DNA of 61,841 bases, filler included, from Choristocarpus tenellus KU-1152 (lineage: Eukaryota > Protista > Phaeophyceae): assembly GCA_964200185.2 (NCBI GenBank). It is 6 parts of 6 records of this genome, joined end to end, with 100 filler letters (N's around TTAATTAATTAA, not from the genome) between each part and the next. Parts side by side here need not be neighbours in the genome. Positions count along the whole stretch, not along the records: positions 33,859 to 61,841 come from CAXNAD020000133.1; 5 more parts are not named here. One strand, 5' to 3'. The notes under the pieces were generated by a model. That model was not told the origin of the DNA. It did not search any database and saw nothing but the letters and a program-made list of their open reading frames with translations. This document shows, one piece after another, positions 42,955 through 54,019 of this stretch; positions within the stretch are counted from its first letter, which is position 1, and each line of letters starts with the position of its first letter. Made by a program: the position numbers and the translations under genes.

Positions 42955-44123
42955 ATGACTGATTATGTTGATGTTATCGATACCTATATCCCTCCCCTCA
43001 TTGGCGTGGTGGCAGTAGCCCTCGTTCTCCTTCGCGTTAATGCGGTGAGATTATACCATAGAGTCCTTGCCTAGAGTAGTAGCAAGGGAGCGCCTCGAAG
43101 GCTTTACCTTTGATACCACACCACTTGCACCAACCTCATTTCCCTTTATGTATATATTGCCGGAGTAAACTGTATCCCCCCCGTCTTTGAGGTAGAGACT
43201 CGTCTCGTATTGTCCTCTACACTTCAACCCCTGCACAATTTGATTTTCTCTTTTGTCACTGTTCTACCTGCGATGCGGGAAACTCTTGTTGTGTGCGTAT
43301 AGCAGAAGAGGGGAATATCGATTGACTAGTGTCTTCCTGGTCACTAGTGGGTGTGGCTGAGACGGGTTGAAATGAAAACTTTGAGAATGCGAATGAGACT
43401 CCGTTTTCATGGGGATGAGACAGTCTTTCATGTACTGGTACCAATATATTTATCCAGCTTGCACATGTACTTTTAAATATTCGCGATTTAGTTTCAGTTT
43501 GTCAGCGTTCTTTTTTGCTGTGGAACATGTGGTCCCACCCTATCATGATGTGGTTTTAAGTATCTGTATTTTTTCCCAGCGTTAGCTGCCTGTGTTATCT
43601 ACAGAGATTCTGAGGTTCTACCTAATTTGATTGGATATTCACACACCTACGGCCTTGAGATCCTAGCTTCATCCTACAGTACAAGTTTGATGGCAATTTG
43701 GGTGATGGGTAATAAATAAATCGTGTATTTCTCCCGTACAGTTTTAGCCCAGTCGTATATATATGTGGAATCATTTCTCTCAGTCTTCATAGATATAACT
43801 ATATATCTAGAAGGTGCAGAAGCACCAGGCAATGCTGATCGTTTCCCTGAAGAAGAGGGTCAAGTTCAGGACCGCATGTTGGTAACACCTGGTATGATGC
43901 ATGGTGCGCGGTGAGAAATAATAGTATGGGCGTAGTACTCGTCTTCATCCGAAGAGAGAAGCGCAGAGTCACTGATCGTTTCACGCCACGTATATCACGC
44001 ACTAAAACGGTATGCGGTGCTATTTTCACTTGAAAATCCAAACTGAGACCTCAAAACAAAGTATGCCGCATTCGAATCCCTTAGATCCTCCGTTTTTGAT
44101 AATTGTGAGTGCATATATTTGTG

Positions 44124-44167
<44 letters not shown>

Positions 44168-47100
44168 TCCTTCTTTTCTTTCCCTNNNNNNNNNNAAAAA
44201 AAATGTGTGTCCCACTCCCCGTTGCCCCCCCTCTTTTTTTTATTTTTTGTGTTTTTTTTTTTTTTTCCCCCCCCCCCCCCCCCCCCCTTGCATATATTTC
44301 TCCATTTTTTTTCTGTCCCATTGTATAACAGAGACGCAAGGGAGAGCCCCTGCAGCCCCATAACCTGACAAGCAGCCCTTTCCCTCCGGCATTCCTCTCT
44401 GCTGTAGGGGCATGGTCGATCTTCGAGTGGTAAGCACAGTTGATTTGGCGGTTTCACTTGATTATTGCTGCATAGCTACACCCTTTCAATGCTATGTGAG
44501 TACTTCACATGGCACACTTGACCATACTGTCTGAATTGTTCCAGCACAAGGTTGTTGGAGTTAGGGTTAAGGTCAGGGCATCTTTGACATCTTTCCGTCA
44601 GTGCCAATGTTTGCAGGGTTAGAGGAGTTTGATTTTTTTTTTGCTACAATCTTAACGTTTCCCATAATATGAGAAGTATATTATTTTATTTTTTTTTGTT
44701 TTGCTTATTTTGAGCTATATATATATTGGGTTCTTGTCTTTTTTAATCTCTTTTTATATTTTCTGACGGGACCCAAGGCGTGCAAGTGGATCTGTATCAC
44801 AATTGAAGGCGTTTGATTAGATGAGTACTAAACTAGTACTAAACTCTGTCCGATAGGCCTGTGCCAGTCTGTCGACATGCAGTTTTTTTACTGTGGCGGG
44901 ATGAAAATCATGTTTTTTTAACAGTCGGAATCCTGGGTTATCCACGTTTCTAGAAATTCTTCTCTGTGTCTTGATTTATTTGTTATTAATTTGTTATTAA
45001 TTTTTTTAATTACCTTGATGCCTTTCGTCGCTGTTGTTGAAACTGTCATCCTGATACATGCAGTTTAGAATTTGACTCTCAATTAAACGCCTCCGTTCCT
45101 CGTAAGGCACCAGAATCCTTTCTGAGAACAACCTCCATTACTTTTTTGTTCATGCCATCACGCCTCAGTATTTTGATGGGTTTTTTAGTTTTTTTTTCAA
45201 CCTATTTTTTTTTTCCAAGGGTTAGGGTTGCGTACTTTTAGTAGTGATGAAGTGTTGATTTGAATCCAGCGGTGCCCTTTCCCACTGTTGTAGTGAAGGG
45301 TTAGGGTTAGGGCTAGGGTTAGGGTTAGGAGTACAAATTATATTTTCGGCCGGTAAGGTATGTGTAAGGTAATGTGTTTATGCAAATATTTGACTCCTTA
45401 GGGTTAGGGTTAGGTCTTAGTGATGACCTGTGCCTGGTGTAGAGGGTTGGTGTGTTGGTTTCTTTTAAGAGTTGTATTTGGGTGCTCTATCCTGAGGTTT
45501 TGGATTTGGATCTTTTTTTCCAGTAGGGCTCGCACTAAATACTGATTGTACTAATTGCACTAATTGTGTACTAATTGTGTACTAATTGAGGAGCTTGGTG
45601 CTTTTTGCCAATTAAGAAGTTGGTAATTGGAGGAGAGATGATATCATATCATGTCAGAAATTGGAGACTGATTGCTTGTTGATGTGTGCGCCATCAGGCA
45701 GATCAGTGCTGGAAAAGGAGCCTCCTGTTGGAGGCGCATAAACATTGATTGAAACATTGATGGAAATATTGATTTGATCTAGTGTAGTGTTAAATTATAC
45801 TCCGATCAATCGAAACGTAAAATGAAAGGGTTAGGTCTGAGTGCTTTTGATTAGTCGTTACTTGTGTCAATGCTTATACACCGAGCCAATCACATCAATT
45901 GATGTGCCTCTATTTGTGTGCTCCTTGTACACTTGGATTATAATCAAGTACGCCAATATTTCGGGGCAATTAAACTCATGCTCAAAAACTATTTCTGTTG
46001 ACAACACTAGAGGACTAGTGAAGTGTCTTGTTGTTCTGACAAAAAAAGAAGAAATGATCAATGCCCCCCCCCCTCCTGTATGAGACAAACCCGTCTATGT
46101 GGTCCCAACAAAGATTTGACGCACTTGTGTAGGAAGCAACCAACATTAGTCACATTTAATCTAATTGGTTAACCCTCGTCTCTTCCTTGTCTTGTTGTGT
46201 CTTGCCTTGTCTTGTCTTGTCTTGTCTTGCCTTGCCTTGCCTTGCCTTGCCTTGCCTTGTCTTGTCTTGATGTAAAAGGGTCGAGACAGCCTTGAAGAGC
46301 CCCGGAGGTTTAATGGCGTGGATGCCAGCTGTGATTGTTGCTACTTTGGCTGGATACATGTCCTACAGAGGACAGGTAAATGCCGTGGATACAGTGACTG
46401 TGACTGGTTGTAGGAATAAGATGTTTATGATCACTTTATTATTTTTTGTGTTTATGATTTATGATCTTAAGTGCGTAAAGTACAAGATGTTTATGATCAC
46501 TTTATTATTTATTTTGTTTATGATTTATGATTTATGATCTTATGTGCGTAAAGTACAAGATGTTTATGATCACTTTATTATTTTTTTATGCTCTGCTTGC
46601 TTGATTGTTGTCAGTAAAGGTTAGGGTTAGGGGTATCTACAGCAACAAAAAAAAAACTATTTAGGTATTCCATATTCTGTGTACATTGATAATAGATATT
46701 GATAATAGATATACATAGAGTCTACGCTGTCTGTTGGTGTGTTTGTCTACTCTATGATAGGCCGAGGTGTGTTTTGAGTAGTTTGGGGGCATATTATTGG
46801 TCCTTGTCACAAACCTGTAGCCAATAATATGCTTTTGTCGTATGAAAGGTTTCCTTCACTCGATGCTTTCATCTTAGGGTTAGGGTTAGGAGACTGTACT
46901 ATGATGTGTAGTCCATGGTCCACCAAGACATATGCTATGCTGCCTATCCTTGTTGAAGTGATGTTGAAGTGATGTTGAAGTGATGAGAATGGCGTGTAGA
47001 GTTTGCCTTGTTGAAGTAATGGGGAAGTCATGGGGAAACTTAGGGCAGTGAGTTGTGGGGATAGATTACGTTGTGTGCATTGAAAGGGTGTCAAATGGAA

Positions 47101-50100
47101 AGTCTAATGCAGGACTTTGCTGGGGATAAGTCTAGCAGCCTGTACTTGGCAAATTCAAGGCCTAATTGCATTCAGATTCCTCCTTTTGATTGGTCGGAAG
47201 TGCCCAGAGGCCCCTTTTCCTTGATTTGTATTGGTTGATCGAGGTGGCATTGCAGTTAAAGTGTTAGAGCTAGGTCTTTGGTGTTCTCTTTATTGTGACT
47301 AGTTCAAAAAGTAATGTGAAACTTTCATGGCTTCAGTTCTTTCTTGGTAGGGTTAGGGCATGAGTGATCTGCAGTGGATAAGTTATATTGCAGAAGGTTT
47401 TGGAAGGGTTAAGGTTAGGGAAGGTTCCTTTTTTCTTTCTTTTGAATTTACAAAAGTTGTCAGTGTTTTTTTAGTGTTGAAAAGCACTTTTTTGTTTTTG
47501 GTGCAGCAGACCAGAACAACCAATACAACCTTCCCCCCCCCTTAGTTTTGTGGCAAACAAGCACACATGTGCATCTAATTCTAGGTGTATGGGGGTGCAA
47601 TGTTGAGTCTCCAACCATGAGTTTGGTTTTGTGACTCATGCCTTACAGCATGATGTTGAGTGTATGATGTTGTCTTGGAAATTGAGTGCTCCGTTCCTAA
47701 GATGGTTTATACTATACACTATAGTCTTGTTCCATGTGGTTTTTTTGGCAGGTGCTGGTATATGTTAGGTCATACATAGGTCTAGGAATCTAACCCGTTG
47801 CAAAACATTTTTTGGAACGTCAGTATATGCATGTCAAACTCTGTACCTCATGTCCCTCCTAATCTCCTGCTGTTGGTGAACTATCCTATCTACCCTATCT
47901 ACCCTATCTACCCTTACTATTCTTGGATTGTGAGATAGTTTTGATTGCTTTGACCTTCAATTTCTCGTCTTCTTACTACATTAGTTCAATTTCTATTTTT
48001 TATTTTTCTTACTACATTATTTTGATTGGTTAATGTATTTATGGACTGACATTTTTTATTTTTTATTGGCCAACAATGAAAATACAACAGAAAGCAGCTG
48101 GCGGAGAAAGCCTTCAGCTCAAGTCCATGGTGCCCACATTTGTGGCAGGACTGCTGGTGCTAAAATGGGTCCTTGAACTGGAGGAGGAGCAGATCCTGAC
48201 TCCGGTAAGAACTCTCTTCGATAGTACCAGAAATTTCTTTGTGGAATTTTCTTTAATTATAATGTACTAAGAATTTTGTGGTTGTTGACTATAGAGTGAC
48301 CGTTGTACTGTTATTATGATAAGAAAATATGTTATTCTGATCTACTCTGTTTGCCTGTGGAATTGTTTTGGAAGTAAAATATATTATTCTGCATACACCA
48401 TAGAGTAATGATTCTAAAATGACGACAAAATACACTTAAGTAGTATTACGATTGTTAAGGTGTATTTTCATGACAACAACCCAATTGATAGTAAGGACTC
48501 GAGTGTCCAAGTAGATGTTGACAAAATGGGTCAACAACCCAATGGGCGTGACGATGATCCCCAGTTCCACATAAAAGTTTTTTTGCCATCATTGTCCTAA
48601 AACTTGGGAAGCGATGATCCATGACCATCTGAGGGGGGGTTTGCTGTAGGAGAGGAACAATGAATGTGCTTACAGTTGCCAGTCACATCACTGTCGATCA
48701 TTGCAGATCTAGTGGGGAGTGTCATCAAGAGTGATCCTGTTCTATTCCCCCCCACCCCAGTGCTCTACTCCAATTTTACTCAAATTAACCCTAACCCTAT
48801 GTCAACTAGCGCGTTGTTGCCCACTTGCCTTGCCTTGGTACCTTCTTGAAGTTAGTTGATGTTAGTATGACTCAAGAAGAAGTCATGATGAAGCGGTTTG
48901 TGTTGTCACTTGTTATTTTCTTTTTTAGGAGGAGATTAAAGCAGCAAAGAAGGCAGCCAAGAAGGCCACGACCACTGCAGTGAAAACTGTAGGTGTCACC
49001 CTTGGGCTCAATAAGGATTTGATCTCGGAAAATCTGTGAGTGAAAAAATTTGTTTTGTTTATATCATTATATCATTGACTTTTGTCAAGATTTGTTAGTG
49101 TCAAGATGTTTCTTGGGAGACTTGTTAGTGCTTTGATCACGTTTTTTTTTTACAATTCACATTATTCATGTATTATAATGACACATGTTGGTTAGTTTCC
49201 TGATTTCCCCTGAGAGGGTTAGGGTTAGGGTTAGGGCTACTGTTTGATGCGCATCGGGTATCTGTTTCTAACAGAGTGAGATGATAGCCTTACCCACAAT
49301 GACAAGCTTGATTGGATACATTTTCTTTATCATCGTGAATGTGGGAAATGCCCTCCAAGCTTTAGAAAGTTCCTGGGTCATACGTGAATGTGTGGACAAC
49401 TGACTTGTTGCTATTCACATCTCGCACGTCTTTTTCCTTTACTTCATTCACTGAAGGTACAACAGTGATCGCATCTCCAAATAGACACACTACCCTGCTG
49501 TCATTCACACAAAGAGGTCGTTTCAGAATCACCAGCCATCAGCTGGTTATTCATTCCGTCTGGGGACATTGTTATTTATTGTCAGAGCACGATTCCACTA
49601 CTATTCTCTTGATGTGTATCTTGTTAGTGTAGCTGTATCTTTGACAAAGAAAGGTATGGCAACAATAAGACATGCTTGAAGACCGAAATAAGGTAACCTA
49701 TTGTATGGGAGGATGTAAGAAATGTTGTAGCACAAAGTTGCTTGTCCTTGTATCTTCTTTGTTCCTCTAGGTTTAGACCATTGTATTTATTCCTAGTAGC
49801 CCTTCCAGGTGATACAAACCCCGCCCTTACCTGTCAGGATTCCTTCTTGTGCACTGAGTCCTACATGGTCCCATAGAACCCTAAGTGGTCTCAGTTGTTG
49901 AGTATCGGTTTATCCTATACTACACTAGTATTTCCATCATTTTACCTACATAATCATCGCTGCAGGAAACTTGCTCCTCTACCCCGCCCCGCCCCCACCC
50001 ACCCGCCCACCCAATCCATTGCCATTGCCATTGTCATTGTCATGTATTTGTCTTCTTCTGATGGGTCCAACAGGCCCCTGATAGTTGTGGCTTTGGTGGT

Positions 50101-51328
50101 CGTGTTGATGGCCACCAGCTTTTACAGAGGTCATGGACCCATCCACCATGAGGTGAAGTATTGGCAGTGTCTCGCTATCTATCAGCAATAGTATAATAGT
50201 ATCTACACCCTCACACTGAGTGGGCTGCTCGTTGTTTCTGCTAGAAGCTTGGTCAATATTGTCTGGGTTTTACTCAGGACTTACTCTTTGTATGGTGTGT
50301 TTTGATTGTACCAAGGAAAAAATATGCCCTGCCATTACAGCTCACATACACAAACAGGCTGCTGGATACAGCCACACTCTATCCACCCACCCACCATTTG
50401 ATCAGAAGACCATTTTTGTATTTCCACTATTTTGGACTCGAAGTATCTGGGGGGGGGTGACAGTTGTCCATTTGTGGCCGATTTTTTCATGTCGCGATTT
50501 TTTGGCCGGTTAGGGTTAGGTTGTGCATTCATCGGATGTATAATGTAAGTACACTTTTCCTGGTTATGACCCAAATGGACACCCCGGTGTAGACCCCCCC
50601 CCCCCAGATACTTTGGATCTTGTCAATCAATCACCTTAAGTAACACCTTAGTGTTGTGACCGTGAAGGTTTGGTGAGTACAAACTATGAACTCCTATTAC
50701 ATTCTTTCAGTGCACTTGATTAGAATTCACATGCTCACACAGCATCAGTGCATGTGAAGGTAAGCGAGCAAGGCTCCACACCTTGGACGTCATGGCACTC
50801 AACACAATGCTATGCCCGTAACACTGAGGCAAGACACACGCGACTATCACCTACTGTGCCCAAAACTCACCATTCCAAAGGGCTTTTTTAAAATATAACA
50901 TTTGTTTGAATGTTAACAGTGTTACTAAAGTGCCCAGTTGGTCTGTCCTGCGTGTGCAGAGCTCTGAGTGCCAAGTCTATCCTCAAGGTTTTTTTGAGCG
51001 TCAACTGTCTTTTGATTAGTTGAATAGTAGCGATTTGGTTTGATCACTGTGATTCAGATACACTCAGATCATCTGTATGTACCATGGCATTAGCAGTGCT
51101 TCTCATTCCCACTGCCCCTTTCTGTTACTGTTTGTATGTTTTGATCAGATGAAGTCAGGCGCTTTTCCATGGTCGTTCATGTCTGTGCTTGGTGTGTTTG
51201 CCTGCATGTCCTTCTACCGTGACATTGCTGTTCAAGATGGAGCATATATTGATGATGTATTACCCGGGCTTGCTATGGCTGCAGTTTCTGGTGGCATGTC
51301 GTATGTAGGCTACCGTATGCAGGGCTAG
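42955..51328 (+). CDS. Uncharacterised 254-aa multi-pass membrane protein (7 predicted TM, internal duplication), 7 exons, complete
   Basis: Exons 42955-43044, 44332-44429, 46279-46375, 48091-48204, 48929-49035, 50074-50152 and 51149-51328 total 765 nt. All introns are GT-AG, with phases 0,2,0,0,2,0. Protein: MTDYVDVIDTYIPPLIGVVAVALVLLRVNARRKGEPLQPHNLTSSPFPPAFLSAVGAWSIFEWVETALKSPGGLMAWMPAVIVATLAGYMSYRGQKAAGGESLQLKSMVPTFVAGLLVLKWVLELEEEQILTPEEIKAAKKAAKKATTTAVKTVGVTLGLNKDLISENLPLIVVALVVVLMATSFYRGHGPIHHEMKSGAFPWSFMSVLGVFACMSFYRDIAVQDGAYIDDVLPGLAMAAVSGGMSYVGYRMQG. Confidence 0.8.
45297..45329 (+). repeat. Interstitial telomeric repeat (TTAGGG)~5
   Basis: Direct read, with one CTAGGG variant. Confidence 0.9.
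46180..46269. repeat. (CTTGT/CTTGC)n pentanucleotide microsatellite serving as the pyrimidine tract of exon 46279
   Basis: Direct read; ends ~10 nt before the AAG acceptor. Confidence 0.9.
46418..46590. repeat. Tandem repeat, ~66-73-bp unit x2.5
   Basis: AAGATGTTTATGATCACTTTATTATTTT starts three times, at ~46418, ~46484 and ~46557. Confidence 0.85.
50435..50619 (-). mobile_element. MITE family B copy containing a TTAGGG tract
   Basis: TIRs GACTCGAAGTATCTGGGG / CCCCAGATACTTTGGATC, TSD TTG, internal GGTTAGGGTTAGG at ~50507-50520. Confidence 0.85.
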
Positions 51329-53983
51329 GTTGGAGGGGTGTACGCAGGACTAGCTTGGGGTGGATAGTGGAGACAGGGGGGAGATAGAGGGGAGAGGGTT
51401 GGAAGGAAGCATATGAGAAGGATGGATAACGATTCAATTGGTCAAGGTGTACAGTTCGTAGCCTTGTGATCACATGGTCTAGCCCACAGTATCTAGCATC
51501 TTGTGATGCATTACAAGCCGCCTTTGCAAAATGGTGTCGCATTGACTGGGTCAATGGGACTCAAGGTGTAGCTTGATCTCCAGGCCAGAGATCATGGGTG
51601 CATTATGGGCTTGGATACTCTATTGCATTAGTTGGCCAAGCCAAGCCAATCCGTTCCATGCTTGCAAGGATAAAATGGAAGGGACTTGCTTAGCTGGTTC
51701 AATTCTGCCTGCCAACTCTTAGAATACATGGTTAGTGGGACAATATCTCAGGAAACAGGTTTTTTTAATGAATTGCTCAAAGTATCTGGGGGTGGGGGTG
51801 TAGATACAGCATGAAGGGTTTTCCTAACATAGCTGAGGTGTTTGCATTATTTGATGTTTGGGCCATATGTGATCCTTGTCGGGACCTATCCTCACTCCTT
51901 AGACAAATAACAGAAGCTGTAAGCCCCAACGTGGGGGTGAGTCCTTACAAGCCATCATAGATCAGTTCCTGCGGTTGAACTGTCTATAGGGGGATCTACA
52001 CCAGAGTGTCCATTCAGGACCTGACCAGGAAAAGTGCACTTACATTATCAGAGAGGACAACAAGAAGAGTGCTGACACTCTTAGCGAGTTTGTGCATCAG
52101 TTGGGTCAAGTACACTGTCAAAGATGGGATTATATTGTAGTGAGTGAAGATGGTGTGATAGCCTGTTTGTGGGATACAGGTGTAGTTACGAGCTTTGACC
52201 TTCAAAGTGACTAGCTGGTATCTTTTAAATATTTTTCATACCAAAAAGAAAAAGATGGAACAGATTACAGGCCAGGCCCTGGCAAACAGTATAAAACAAA
52301 TCCACCATATTATATTCTAGATAAGTCTTCCCAACTATCCCCTCCTCCGTAGATATAATAATCCTCAAGAAAAAGCGGTTGAAGTACAGATAGAAGGGAA
52401 GGGGGGAGATTTCTGACGATGGCGACTTCATTTCTGTGCGCTCTGATCCGTTCACTGTGGCAGCATTTTGCCTTGTTCAACTTTAACCGCACCTCCCAGT
52501 TCAGCCTTTTTTGTGGTTCTTCAAGGTGGTTCCCCTGTTCTCGGGCTGCAGTGCACAGATTTGCGCGTAGTGGCGCTCGAAATGAGAGCATGACATAGTT
52601 CAAGTCTCATGTAAACGTACAATGTGATGTTGGCATTGTGCCAGTAGATAGTCTTCTCCGGTTGCAGAAGTGGCGTCTATGGAAGGCTGTATTGGCAGGT
52701 TGTGTATTTTGGATTATGTTTGTATTGATACATCCCTCAAATCGATTTTTTTGGTGATCGGGTAGAATGGGACGAATGATAAGAACGCCTCCAAGACCGT
52801 ATTGTGTGTGCAAGAGGGAGATAATTTTTTGGCGACGTGATCCATTTTCGAGCACATAAAATCTGACCTTGTACTCACACAAAGACTTGCTCTGAACGGT
52901 GTGAAATCATTTCCGTCATCCTAATTTGGACCTTATCCATTATATTAATAATAAGTGACTTGTGTAATCCTGTGATGGCGTGGTTCACTCAGGCCCAGGT
53001 CGTGTGGTGAAAGGAATCACTAGGCCAGAAAGACCAGACAAAGACGAACCGTAGCCAAGAGGACACGGTTAAGTAAAGTTGGAGAAGTACACGTATGCAG
53101 AGTGGAGAGGATATCATGAGTGGGAATCATTAGGGTTAGGGTTAGATTTTACACTATATATCAGCAAGACGACTTTGGACCTTCCCATTTGGGCTGCCTG
53201 TGCGCGAACTTACTGTTCGCACCAGTTGTCGTGCAGTTAGCGATGCATACACTAACTTCTTCCTGTATCGTGCCCCCCAGAGTGAACTAGGTGTACATGT
53301 TTCACAACTACTAGAGACGACTTGTTGTAAGCCGAGACAAAAGAAATCGTGTATCACCTCAATGGTGCTGCCACAGCATGCACTTACTTGTTACTCTAGA
53401 CTTGGGAGGACAAGATGTTCAAGAAGGATTAAGTCGGTCTTAGAGGACCCCCAGTTCCAAATCACCCAGAAACTTCTGAACAGTGATCAAAATATACCCT
53501 TGTTTCCTTTTGGAGTGTCCTTCAAGAGTCCGAGGATACAATCAGAGTCTGTGTTCGGTCTAATTAGAGTATGCACTTGTCCCTTCCGGGGTTCTGGTTC
53601 AAACGTTGTTACAAAGTATACATCTCTGATTTGGCCTGTATAAAAAGGGTCCCCACCTCCATGTATGTTGAACTATATTGTTTGCCGTACATGTCAACTG
53701 AATAATCCAAAATATTCCTAAGATACAATTTTACATTGTATGATTTAGAGACGAGTTTGAACCTTCCCATTTAGGCTGTCTTTGCGCATACTTGTTGCTC
53801 AGATCAGTTAAAAGTCAACATTTTTTCCCCTCTGTAAGTGTGTTGTGTTGTGTTGTGTTTGATATATTTCAAAAAGTGTGTGTGTGTGTGTGTTGCGTTT
53901 GTGTTCTTTGGGCTACCTTTCCGATCACAGGTCTGGGACACCTCGGATTAATGTGAGTACCAATGATTTTACTTTGTATCTCG

Positions 53984-54019
<36 letters not shown>

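Noticed and set aside
43811-43910. Extra exon candidate in intron 1 of the membrane-protein gene
   Set aside because: Phases do not fit between exon 1 (phase 0) and exon 2. Exon 1 joins 44332 directly and preserves the internal repeat.
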